A stretch of DNA of 57,870 nucleotides from Candidatus Margulisiibacteriota bacterium (GCA_041658645.1 JBAZZV010000010.1:1-57870); one strand, 5' to 3'. Numbered from the stretch's first letter, positions 47,237-56,077 are shown. Notes: generated from the letters alone by a model not told the origin. Numbers and translations: made by a program.

Positions 47237-47557
47237 CTATTTCCCTACCAACCCAGTCCCCTGACACTCAAGACACGGAAGATCGCCTTTGCCTATATTG
47301 CGTCCGGTGCCCTTACAGGCAGAACACTTTTTATCACTGCGCTTACCTGGAATTACTCCCTTGCCCCGGCAGGCAATGCAGGTATTGCGGGTTTGGGGTT
47401 GGACCCCGCTTCCCCCGCAATATGCACAGTCTACATAGGGTTCTTCAACCGTAACCTGCCCGGCGTCACCGCAAACCTGGCAGTTAGCCAACTCCGAGAG
47501 AAGGTCAAAAGGATCTTTGCCCGTGCCTTTACAAAAGGCACATTTTATTTTCGGCAT
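47237..47557 (-). CDS. DnaJ-type CR zinc-finger protein (6x CxxCxGxG)
   Basis: CAFCKGTG, CQVCGDAG, CAYCGGSG, CIACRGKG, CSACKGTG, CLECQGTG. Confidence 0.65.
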   Translation of the reverse strand: MPKIKCAFCKGTGKDPFDLLSELANCQVCGDAGQVTVEEPYVDCAYCGGSGVQPQTRNTCIACRGKGVIPGKRSDKKCSACKGTGRNIGKGDLPCLECQGTGLVGK

Positions 47558-47572
47558 AACCTTGCCCTCCTT

Positions 47573-48229
47573 TTAGCTCTTTCTCGGTCTTCCTCTTTTA
47601 CCTTTTTTCTTTGGCTTAGCGGATTCTTCTACTGTCTTAACTTCTATGCCCGCGGCAATGGGTTTGCCTTTTTCAATTTTTATAGCAACCCCATGCCTAG
47701 CTTTTTCCATCTGCTCCGCCATTTTCTGCCAGGCACCGCTTGCCGCTGTCATGTCATCCTTAACCTCAGCCAAATAACTACTTACTTCTTTATCTATTTC
47801 CATTATTCTCTTCTGAATTCCAGATAACATGGCCTTGAAATCTTTCAACCTATTCGTTTCTCCAGTCTTCAATGCTTCTTCAAGAGCTTCAGCCATTTCC
47901 TTATGCTCCTTCTGAAGTTCTTTAAGCATTCTCTTTACATTGCTGACTAAATCTTCAGCAAATTTGGCTAGATCCTTTGCCTGTGCGGTAGCCATCTTCC
48001 TGTGGTCGCCAGCAAAACCCTTTAATAGGCCACTGGTTGTATCCACCAAATCACCCACAAAGGAACTTAAATCTTTCCTTTGCTCCGCACCCATTTTCAC
48101 CCGATCCCGGTTAAAGCCCTTAAGGGTATCATGGGTATCTGAAAAAATATTCCCTAAAACACTTATTCTGGCATCATAATCGCCTACAATTTTATCCGCT
48201 AAACTTTTCATCTCTTGTGCAATTGACAT
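47573..48229 (-). CDS. GvpC-like repeat protein (33-residue repeats) with a basic AT-hook-like C-terminus
   Basis: LKGFNRDRVKMGAEQRKDLSSFVGDLV and LKGFAGDHRKMATAQAKDLAKFAEDLV lie 33 residues apart. C-terminal KKKGKRGRPRKS. Confidence 0.5.
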   Translation of the reverse strand: MSIAQEMKSLADKIVGDYDARISVLGNIFSDTHDTLKGFNRDRVKMGAEQRKDLSSFVGDLVDTTSGLLKGFAGDHRKMATAQAKDLAKFAEDLVSNVKRMLKELQKEHKEMAEALEEALKTGETNRLKDFKAMLSGIQKRIMEIDKEVSSYLAEVKDDMTAASGAWQKMAEQMEKARHGVAIKIEKGKPIAAGIEVKTVEESAKPKKKGKRGRPRKS

Positions 48230-48284
48230 TTCCCTTACCTCCTCTTATTTGACATAAACTTTCGAATCCCTGTCTGCCGGCAGG

Positions 48285-49040
48285 CTATTTTGTGGCAGTC
48301 ATCACCCCCTTTCCTCCTACGCCCTTCCACCTTCGCTCTTCGAGCTCCGGCGGACAAGCCGGGCTTCGGAGGACACGCTTTTTCGCCATGGTTAAAGATA
48401 AACTGCGCCAGGACCCGGCTGCGGCTATCCTTTCTTCCTGAAAGCCCTTGAGCATGGCTTTAAAGTCTCTTATTCTTATGGTTTCGCCTTTACTTAAAAG
48501 CCCCCTTATTCCTTTCGCCAACTCCTCATTTTCTTTACGATATTCGGCAACTTGGGCCTGGAAACCCTTAAGCATTTTTGTTACTTGATCCTGCCGCGCC
48601 AGCTGCTGCTTTTTAATTTCAGAGAACTTGGCCTTAAACTCGTCCAGCCGAATTTGCTCACCGGCGACTAATTGTTTATTGAAATCCGCAAATCCTTCCT
48701 TTAATGTCCCGGCAACCGCCTTTTGCTCCGCCAGATAATCTTCCAAAAGTTTCTTTACCTCTTTTTCCCGATTGCTTTGCTCTTCCAAAATCCCCCGCAT
48801 CATTTGATCAAAATCCTTATGCCGCAGGGAGTCGGTTTTGGCCAATTTCTCACGGAGTTCTTTGCTTAACGATTCTCTTTCTTCCCGGGTTTCAAGCAGG
48901 GCTTTTTGAAAACCATCCAGCATTTGGTGGGTATCAGAAAAAATGCATTCTATCGAAGCGATGCGGTCTTCATAAGAAGAAATAACATCACAAGCAAGGA
49001 ACTGCATCTTTTCCGCGACATTTGATACGCCGTCAACCAT
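48285..49040 (-). CDS. GvpC-like repeat protein (paralog)
   Basis: Repeated MLDGFQ / TLKEGF / MLKGFQ and R.(D/E)FKA units. Shares the N-terminal IFSDTH..L.GF with the 47573 protein. Confidence 0.5.
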   Translation of the reverse strand: MVDGVSNVAEKMQFLACDVISSYEDRIASIECIFSDTHQMLDGFQKALLETREERESLSKELREKLAKTDSLRHKDFDQMMRGILEEQSNREKEVKKLLEDYLAEQKAVAGTLKEGFADFNKQLVAGEQIRLDEFKAKFSEIKKQQLARQDQVTKMLKGFQAQVAEYRKENEELAKGIRGLLSKGETIRIRDFKAMLKGFQEERIAAAGSWRSLSLTMAKKRVLRSPACPPELEERRWKGVGGKGVMTATK

Positions 49041-49134
49041 TTCTACCTCCGATTATTTTAAGAAAGATTCCTGGTGCAGAATGCCTTATTCCGGGATTCC
49101 TCAGCAAGAATCGTTCCCATAAGTTTCAAGAAAC

Positions 49135-49344
49135 TTACGCTGCTGCGGTTGCCGTGAGGCCTACTGCTTCAGCATATTTCAAGAATGTCTCAACACCGGC
49201 GACCACAACTCTGGCTTCAATCGCCAGAAGCTCGATCCCGACTAAGGATATCCTTACCCACGCGTCAATCACGATGCCCTTATCGAGAATGCGATCGATG
49301 ACTTCTACCAAGCTGGAACTTCCAATTGCTTTTTCAACTGCCAT
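49135..49344 (-). CDS. gvpA: gas vesicle structural protein GvpA
   Basis: [64 protein letters not shown] is near-identical to canonical GvpA. AAAGGAGGTGA RBS. Confidence 0.95.
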   Translation of the reverse strand: MAVEKAIGSSSLVEVIDRILDKGIVIDAWVRISLVGIELLAIEARVVVAGVETFLKYAEAVGLTATAAA

Positions 49345-49375
49345 GTTTTTTCACCTCCTTTTGTTTATAATATAA

Positions 49376-49405
49376 TGTAGGGCAAGGGCTTATCCCTTGC
49401 CGAAC
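49376..49405. repeat. single hairpin element of the same family upstream of gvpA
   Basis: tgtagGGCAAGGGcttatCCCTTGCCgaac. On the minus strand the hairpin is followed by CTACATTATATTATAAA, ~40 nt before the gvpA RBS. Confidence 0.5.
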
Positions 49406-49642
49406 TCCCTTAATCAATAATCATCATAAATTTGGGATTCTGTTTCTTTTATGGCTGTTTTTAACAGGCCAAGAATGCCTAAAAGTTTCCGCAACCACTT
49501 AAACATTCTCATTTTCCAATTTCCGGGTTGATTTTATAGTCATAAATAAAGAAAAAACCAAGGCTGTATAAAGGCATACCTTAGCTTTTCCGAAAAATTA
49601 AGTTTGGTGAAGCTCGCGGAAATCCGCGAATTTTTATTTTCC

Positions 49643-49694
<52 letters not shown>

Positions 49695-49951
49695 ACTATT
49701 TAATCTATCACTCATCATTATGATGAGATCACTCATCGGTAATTGTGTGTTCATTTTTTTACTTCTCTTTCCTTCCGAGCTTCCACCTCCGCACTCTAAG
49801 CGGACAGGTCGAAGAGCCAGGCAGTAATTTACATTACTACTAAGGAAGTATATGGCATTTAGCCCATTTGTCAAGTTGTTTTTGACCTATGGGCTATTCT
49901 TCTCTTATACCCAATTGGCTTAGACTGTAAGCCTGGAAGGAGGAATAATAA

Positions 49952-50368
49952 ATGGCAATTTTAAACGGCCTTGGCAAAAAGATCAAAATGCTAAGAAACG
50001 CAAGGGGCTTGACCCAGGAAGATTTAGATGGGCTTACTGGGCTACATTATACATTTATTGCTAAAATTGAAGCCGGGAAGAAACAACCTAGTTTAAAAAG
50101 CCTGGCAAAAATAGCTAAAGCGTTAGGCATCTCCCTTTCGCGGCTTTTTGAAGAAAAACAAAAGGTTCCTATCAAACCCCCGCTAAATAAATTAATAAAG
50201 ATTCTTGAAGATAGGGATCCAAAAGAAGTAAATCTTATTATCGAATTGGCAGAAACTATTTTTTCTAAAGCAGACAAGCTATTAAAACAAAAAGGGTCAC
50301 GACAAAAGTCGGGGGGGGGGGGGGGGGGGGGGGGGGGGATCAGGTTAAGGTATAATGGAAAGGAATGA
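49952..50368 (+). CDS. XRE-family (Cro/C1-type) HTH transcriptional regulator. The 3' end runs through the poly-G tract
   Basis: LRNARGLTQEDLDGLTGLHYTFIAKIEAGKKQPSLKSLAKIAKALGISL. The C-terminal SGGGGGGGGG is encoded by the G-tract, so the true C-terminus is uncertain. GGAGGA RBS. Confidence 0.55.
   Translation: MAILNGLGKKIKMLRNARGLTQEDLDGLTGLHYTFIAKIEAGKKQPSLKSLAKIAKALGISLSRLFEEKQKVPIKPPLNKLIKILEDRDPKEVNLIIELAETIFSKADKLLKQKGSRQKSGGGGGGGGGIRLRYNGKE
50311..50338. repeat. ~28-nt poly-G homopolymer at the island/core boundary
   Basis: Read directly from the sequence. Immediately precedes the rlmD start. Confidence 0.9.
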
Positions 50369-51618
50369 AGATACTGACACTCGACGAAAAAGGGCGGGGC
50401 GTTGGGCCGGAAGGGTTACATGTCTCCTTCGCTTACCCCGGCGATGAAGTCGAAGCTATCCTGATCAACCGCCGCAAGAAAACCGGCCGGCTGGTCAAGC
50501 TGATCGAAGGCTCCCCGAACCGCCAAACTCCCCCCTGTCCCTACTTTGGCCGTTGTGGCGGCTGCCCCTGGCAAGGGTTGAAATACAAAACGCAGTTGCA
50601 GTTCAAGGAAGCGCGGATCAAAACGCTTTTCGGTGACTGCCAACCGATCATCCCCTCGCCTGACGAGTACGGCTACCGCAACCGGATGGATTATGCTTTT
50701 GGTCCGGAGCATACCCTCGGGCTGAAGGACGACCGGGACAACATTATCGATCTCGACAGATGTCTTTTAGCTTCGGCCCGGAGCAACGAGCTGTTGGCGC
50801 GTCTGCGCCAATTCAGCGTCCGCCACGATCTAAAAGAGTACGACCGCGGACAGGGGCTCCTGCGCCACGTCGTCATCCGCGAAGGGCTAAACATCAAGAA
50901 CGCCGTCCTGAACGTCATCACCTCCAACCTGGGTGAGTTCCCTCTGGAGACACTCTGGGAGGAATTAAAAGGGAATGTTGAGGGGATCACCTGGAGCGTT
51001 AATCTCTCGCCGGCCGATCGCTCCTACGGCGACCTCCAGGCGACGCTCGGCCAGGACTATTTATTGGAATCTTTACTCGACCTCAAGTTCAAGGTCCCGG
51101 TCCAATCGTTTTTCCAAACCAATACCCGCCAGGCGGAAAGGCTGCTACAAGTTATTAAAGATTTTGCCGGGTTGCAGGGAGGAGAAATGGTCTTCGACCT
51201 TTACGCGGGGACAGGAAGCATCGGTCTCTCGTTGGCCGACCGCGCCCGGGAAGTGATCGGTCTGGAAGAGAACGAAGCGGCGGTTGCGCTCTCCCGGGCC
51301 AACGCCGAGCTGAACGGCTTGAAGAACTTTACCTCCCTGGCCGGCCGGGTCGAAGCGGTCATCGCTTCACTCGGCAAAAAACCAGAGATCGTCATTCTTG
51401 ATCCGCCCCGCCCCGGCTTACATAAGAAGGTGATCCAGGAGCTGGGGAAGATCGGGGCGCCGAAAATCGTCTATGCCTCTTGTAATCCGACCACCCAGCA
51501 AGTCGATGTTGCCGGATTAACGGCGTTCGGGTATCAGATCAAGCAAAGCCAACCCCTCGATATGTTTCCCCACACCCCGCACATCGAGAATGTTATCTTA
51601 CTTGTTAAGAGAAGCTAA
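50365..51618 (+). CDS. rlmD: 23S rRNA (uracil-C5)-methyltransferase RlmD/RumA family
   Basis: TRAM domain, a CPYFGRCGGCPWQ Fe-S cluster motif, and a SAM methyltransferase DLYAGTGSIGL...ILDPPRPG. Confidence 0.85.
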   Translation: MKILTLDEKGRGVGPEGLHVSFAYPGDEVEAILINRRKKTGRLVKLIEGSPNRQTPPCPYFGRCGGCPWQGLKYKTQLQFKEARIKTLFGDCQPIIPSPDEYGYRNRMDYAFGPEHTLGLKDDRDNIIDLDRCLLASARSNELLARLRQFSVRHDLKEYDRGQGLLRHVVIREGLNIKNAVLNVITSNLGEFPLETLWEELKGNVEGITWSVNLSPADRSYGDLQATLGQDYLLESLLDLKFKVPVQSFFQTNTRQAERLLQVIKDFAGLQGGEMVFDLYAGTGSIGLSLADRAREVIGLEENEAAVALSRANAELNGLKNFTSLAGRVEAVIASLGKKPEIVILDPPRPGLHKKVIQELGKIGAPKIVYASCNPTTQQVDVAGLTAFGYQIKQSQPLDMFPHTPHIENVILLVKRS

Positions 51619-52869
51619 AATCTCTTCAAACCCGGGAAAAGAGGTTTCGATACAAGCGGTATCGGTCACGCGCGTCCTGCCCTCGGTAATCAGGCCGGCA
51701 ATGGCGGCCGACATGGCAATGCGGTGGTCGCCGTAGCTTTCGATCTTGGCTCCGGTTAGTTTGGTCGGCCCCGTTATTTTCAGCCCGTCATCCAGTTCTT
51801 CGATCTTGGCTCCCATCTTGCGCAGCTCTGAGGCTATCGTCTTGATCCGGTCGCTCTCTTTGACCCGCAGCTCTTTCGCCCCGCGGATCTCGGTCGTCCC
51901 CACCGCCTGGGTGGCCGCCACGGCGATGATCGGGATCTCGTCGATCAGCCGCGGAATGATCTCCCCGTCAATTTTCACCGCTCTTAATTCCGAACTCCGA
52001 ACTACCAGGTCGGCGCGCGGTTCGCCGGAGATGATCCGTTCGTTCTCGACCACCAGATCAGCCCCCATCCGGTGGAGAACGTCGATGATCCCGGTGCGGG
52101 TCGGATTGACCCCAACCTCCCGCAAAGTAATGACCGCCCCGGGAAGGATCAAGCCGGCGACGATAAAGAAGGCGGCCGAAGAGATATCCCCCGGCACGTC
52201 AACCTCGGCACCGTCAAACTCTTTCTGACCAGTGATTCGTGATTCGTGGTTCGTGATTCGTATAGTTGCGCCAAAGTGTTCCAGCATCCGCTCTGTATGG
52301 TCACGCGACTGGTTCTTTTCAAGAACTGATGTTTCGCCGCCCGCGAACAGGCCGGCCAGTAATACCGCGGATTTGACTTGCGCGGAGGCCACGGGAAGTT
52401 CGTAAGAGATCGGTTCGAGGTTGCCGCCAAAGATCTGGAGCGGAGCGTAGATCTCGCCGTCGCGCTCTACCCCGGCTATACTCGCGTTCATCAGCCGGAG
52501 CGGTTTGGCGATCCGCCCCATCGGCCGGCGCTGGATCGAGGCGTCGCCGGTTATTTTCGTAGTAAAGCTCTGGCCGGCCAGTATCCCGGAGATCAGCCTG
52601 ATCGTCGTCCCGGAATTACCGACATCGAGGGCCTCTTTAGCCGGCCTTAAACCTTGCAGCCCCTTCCCCATAACTCGCAACTCGGACCCCGTAACATTAA
52701 TGGCAACGCCTAGCTTCCGAAAGCAGTCAATGGTCGCTAAGCAATCAGCGCTGGCCAAGTAATTTCTGATAACAGTCTCACCCCGGGCCAGGGCGCCCAG
52801 CATGACCGCCCGGTGGGAGATCGATTTATCGCCGGGGAGGCGGAAGTCAGCTTTGACCATAAATAGCAT
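51598..52869 (-). CDS. aroA: 3-phosphoshikimate 1-carboxyvinyltransferase (EPSP synthase)
   Basis: LPGDKSISHRAVMLGALA...VPGDISSAAFF... Confidence 0.9.
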   Translation of the reverse strand: MLFMVKADFRLPGDKSISHRAVMLGALARGETVIRNYLASADCLATIDCFRKLGVAINVTGSELRVMGKGLQGLRPAKEALDVGNSGTTIRLISGILAGQSFTTKITGDASIQRRPMGRIAKPLRLMNASIAGVERDGEIYAPLQIFGGNLEPISYELPVASAQVKSAVLLAGLFAGGETSVLEKNQSRDHTERMLEHFGATIRITNHESRITGQKEFDGAEVDVPGDISSAAFFIVAGLILPGAVITLREVGVNPTRTGIIDVLHRMGADLVVENERIISGEPRADLVVRSSELRAVKIDGEIIPRLIDEIPIIAVAATQAVGTTEIRGAKELRVKESDRIKTIASELRKMGAKIEELDDGLKITGPTKLTGAKIESYGDHRIAMSAAIAGLITEGRTRVTDTACIETSFPGFEEILASLNK

Positions 52870-53704
52870 CGCGGGCAGTTTTGGCTTTGAGCAGTTCTTC
52901 GCGGATCTTTTCGCCGTTGCCTTCTTTGACCGCTCTTTCCAGCTCGGCCAGCGCTTTTTTAAAAGCGCCGATCATTTTCAGAACAGCCTTTTTATTGGTA
53001 GTGAACATATCGACGCCAAGAATGGGATCGCCCGAAGCAATCCTGGTCGTGTCACGGAAGCCGGATGCCGCTGCTTTGGCCATCAACTCTTTTTCCGGCT
53101 CGCCGGCGATCGAATTCACCAGTGCCGCGGCAACGGCCAGCGGCAGGTGGCTTATTCCCGCAACAACGAGATCATGAGTTTTTGTGTCCATTTCCAAAAC
53201 CGAACCACCCAACCACCCAACCACCTGTTTGATCTTTTCCAGGGCCTTTTGACTCGTTTTTGATGTTTTTGTAATGACCCAGGTCTTATTCCTGAACAGT
53301 TCGGCCTCAGCCGCTTCGAGTTTGGTCGTTTCTTTCCCGGCCATCGGATGGCCGCCCACAAAGAAAACGCCTTTCGGCATCGCCTTTTCCGCCGCGGAGA
53401 CTATTTCGTATTTTGAACTGCCCACGTCGGTTACGATCGCGCCTTTTTTCAGGCTCTTGGAAATTTCGTTGATGACCGGCAGGATCAGGTTCAGCGGGGT
53501 GCAAATAAAGACCAGGTCGGCATCGCTCACCCCTTTGCTGTGGTCAGTGGTGCCCTCATCGATCGCTCCCATGGCCTTGGCCGCTGTCAGTGTTTCTTCT
53601 CGCCGTGGGATGCCGACTATTTTAAGGTCTTGAACGCCTGATCTCTTTAAACCCAAACCGATCGAACCGCCGATCAGGCCCAAACCGATTATCGCTATCC
53701 TCAT
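52847..53704 (-). CDS. tyrA: prephenate dehydrogenase
   Basis: MRIAIIGLGLIGGSIGLGLK Rossmann motif...HPMAG. Confidence 0.85.
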   Translation of the reverse strand: MRIAIIGLGLIGGSIGLGLKRSGVQDLKIVGIPRREETLTAAKAMGAIDEGTTDHSKGVSDADLVFICTPLNLILPVINEISKSLKKGAIVTDVGSSKYEIVSAAEKAMPKGVFFVGGHPMAGKETTKLEAAEAELFRNKTWVITKTSKTSQKALEKIKQVVGWLGGSVLEMDTKTHDLVVAGISHLPLAVAAALVNSIAGEPEKELMAKAAASGFRDTTRIASGDPILGVDMFTTNKKAVLKMIGAFKKALAELERAVKEGNGEKIREELLKAKTARDAIYGQS

Positions 53705-53713
53705 GCCGCTATC

Positions 53714-54475
53714 TTACCTTTTTTCCAGCCGCTCCGCCAGTTGATCGACCCCCACCGCGATCTGGCCAAGCTCATCCCTGGAACGATCATCGATCCGTTC
53801 GCCGCTGTTACCGGCGACGATCTTCCGCAGGCTGGCCAGAAATTTTTGGAAACGCAAGCCGGTATAATTGGCCAGGAAGAGGCCGTAAAAATAGAGGAAA
53901 ATAAAACCGAGCGGCGCCAGGACAACGTTAAGAAAGAGGATATAGTTGACCCGCTCGATGAACCGCCCCTCACCGACCTCGACCTTGCTCTTCCCTTTCT
54001 CGATCTCGACATAAGCCCGGCCGATAAAGGCACCATAATCGCGGCTAAATTCGGCCGTGATCACGCCACTCTCGGCGCTGACGAGCTTACCCTCCTTGAG
54101 GTTGACCAGCTTAAGGGCTGACTGGCGAAAAGTGTAAAAGTCGCCGACCAACGCGACAAAATCTTCCGGGATCCCCCCGGCCCGGAACTGTGTGTAATCG
54201 ACCAGCCAGTTCCCCATCTGCATCAGACCGACCCGGGCCAGGGCCGGCCGCTGGTCAAGGTCGAGCCGGACCTGGAGCCCGGCCGAGCGGAGGCTCTGCA
54301 AGGCACTCAATTGGCGCCAGCTGTCGCGCATCAGGTTATTGTAATCATTGACAATGGTACTGATGTGAAAAATACTGCTGGAAAAAGCGCTGGTCAGGAT
54401 AAAAACGCCGATCAGGTAGCCAAACATGATCTTGCCCGGAAAACTCCAATGCCGGAAGTTCAGCTCAACGGTCAT
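53714..54475 (-). CDS. membrane protein with two TM segments and a C-terminal HAMP domain (no kinase domain)
   Basis: Two TM helices flank a periplasmic segment. C-terminal LASLRKIVAGNSGERIDDRSRDELGQIAVGVDQLAERLE is HAMP-like. Confidence 0.5.
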   Translation of the reverse strand: MTVELNFRHWSFPGKIMFGYLIGVFILTSAFSSSIFHISTIVNDYNNLMRDSWRQLSALQSLRSAGLQVRLDLDQRPALARVGLMQMGNWLVDYTQFRAGGIPEDFVALVGDFYTFRQSALKLVNLKEGKLVSAESGVITAEFSRDYGAFIGRAYVEIEKGKSKVEVGEGRFIERVNYILFLNVVLAPLGFIFLYFYGLFLANYTGLRFQKFLASLRKIVAGNSGERIDDRSRDELGQIAVGVDQLAERLEKR

Positions 54476-55670
54476 GGAACAACACCTCCAATAAATGATG
54501 CCCGGCAGCCACGCGGAATTTAGACCGGCCGATCTCTCGCTCTGAATAACCTTTGATCAACTGACGGCCAGCGGCTAACGGCGCGGGATAGATCACGAAC
54601 GGGACATCGTCCCTGGTGTGGGTCATGTATTTGATCGGCGTCGGATGGTCGGGCAATACCAATATTCGCGTATCGCGTAACGCGTTACCTGCCTGCCGGC
54701 AGGCACGGCGCGTAACGTGTTTCAGCATGGCGCCAACAACATATTTATCAAAATCCTCGATCGCCTGGATCTTATGTTTGACGTTTCCTTCGTGGCCGGC
54801 CTCATCCGGCGCTTCGACGTGGACGAAGACAACATCATTGCGCCGGAGTGCTTGCAGGGCGGCCGCGGCCTTGCCGCGGTAATTGGTGTCAAGATAGCCG
54901 GTCGCTCCGGGAACATTGATCACTTCCATCCCAAGGATCTTCCCCAACCCTTTCAATAAATGGACAGCAGTAATGATCGCCGCCTTCTTGCCAAAACGGC
55001 GCCGGAACGACAGCAAGTCAGGCCTTTTCCCCTGCCCCCACGGCCAGATCATCGTCGCCCGGCTGGTCAGGCCATGCAGGATGACCTCGCTCTCGTTCAT
55101 CAGGCGAAGGAGCTGGTCGGCCCCCTTCCCTTGAGGGAGATAACCGTTGATCTTTTGGCCGGTGATATCGTGCGGCGGGACGGTCTTGATCTTCTCCAGC
55201 GGCGCGGCGGCGGAGTCGGTCATCACTAACAGGTTGCGGTAGCTTAGCCCGGGATAGAATTTAACCCCACGGGAACCGATCTCCCGGTTGAGTTTGGCCA
55301 GGATCCGGCGAGCCTCCGGCGTCGCAATATGATGGGCGGTAAAGTCTTTCATCCGGCCGTACTCGACCGTGACCAGATTGCAGCGAAAGGCTACTTCGCC
55401 CGCCTTTAATTCGATTCCCAAGCTGGCCGCTTCCAACGGACCCCGTCCGGAATAATATTTCTGCGGATCGTTGCCAAAAATGCTCATGGCGGCAACATCT
55501 GAACCAGGTTCTAAGCCGCGAGGGATATTGTTAGTCCAGCCGCAGAGGCCGTTTTGGGCCAGGAAGTCGAGGTTGGGGGTCCGGGCGGCCGCCAGAGGGG
55601 TTTTTCCGCCGAGTGCCTTGAGCGGCAGGTCGGACATGCCGTCACCGATCAGGACTAGATACTTCGTCAT
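54465..55670 (-). CDS. apgM: cofactor-independent phosphoglycerate mutase, archaeal-type (ApgM family)
   Basis: MTKYLVLIGDGMSDLP...AARTPNLD... Confidence 0.75.
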   Translation of the reverse strand: MTKYLVLIGDGMSDLPLKALGGKTPLAAARTPNLDFLAQNGLCGWTNNIPRGLEPGSDVAAMSIFGNDPQKYYSGRGPLEAASLGIELKAGEVAFRCNLVTVEYGRMKDFTAHHIATPEARRILAKLNREIGSRGVKFYPGLSYRNLLVMTDSAAAPLEKIKTVPPHDITGQKINGYLPQGKGADQLLRLMNESEVILHGLTSRATMIWPWGQGKRPDLLSFRRRFGKKAAIITAVHLLKGLGKILGMEVINVPGATGYLDTNYRGKAAAALQALRRNDVVFVHVEAPDEAGHEGNVKHKIQAIEDFDKYVVGAMLKHVTRRACRQAGNALRDTRILVLPDHPTPIKYMTHTRDDVPFVIYPAPLAAGRQLIKGYSEREIGRSKFRVAAGHHLLEVLFHDR

Positions 55671-56077
55671 TTTTTCTTCAGGGACTTAGGAATTTCTTCC
55701 AATAATTTCTCGAGCTCTTTTTCAGGGATCGATATCTTAGGAGCTTCTATTTTAAGGGGTTTAACTTCCGGGGTGGGAGCAGAAATAATCTTTTCCTTGA
55801 TGAAGGAATTGACCTTGGGGGCGTTATCCTCGACCGCCGGATAAACGCTTTTGACCAGGCTGGTCGAGACGGCAACAAAATAAGAATTGGCCAGCATCTT
55901 GCGCGCTTCGCCGGAAATGAGCGACGAGTCGAGCAACAAGCGGACAATGATGACCAGGATAACAAGCGAGACGACGACCACCAGCATATTTTTGACCGTC
56001 TTGAGGAGCCCGCCGGCGTTCTTGAGCAGATAAAAAAGGATCAACCCGGCAATGGCCAGATCAATGATATTCAACAT
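55667..56077 (-). CDS. CvpA-like membrane protein
   Basis: MLNIIDLAIAGLILFYLLKNAGGLLK... N-terminal helices. Confidence 0.45.
   Translation of the reverse strand: MLNIIDLAIAGLILFYLLKNAGGLLKTVKNMLVVVVSLVILVIIVRLLLDSSLISGEARKMLANSYFVAVSTSLVKSVYPAVEDNAPKVNSFIKEKIISAPTPEVKPLKIEAPKISIPEKELEKLLEEIPKSLKKK

Noticed and set aside
48285-48370. GC-rich C-terminal tail of the 48285..49040 ORF (…RSPACPPELEERRWKGVGGKGVMTATK)
   Set aside because: This may be read-through past the true stop into intergenic sequence. I could not identify a better stop in frame, so the track coordinates are kept.
44155-49405. Possibility that the island hairpin repeats form a CRISPR array
   Set aside because: There are only three sites, irregularly spaced (~3 kb and ~2.2 kb apart) and separated by whole operons. 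They are not a repeat-spacer array, and no cas genes are present.
52232-52259. Four tandem 7-bp units (gtgattc/gtggttc) inside aroA
   Set aside because: The repeats are in-frame coding sequence (RITNHESRIT). The local protein length matches EPSP synthases without an insertion, so this is probably coincidental low-level repetition rather than an insertion or slippage site.
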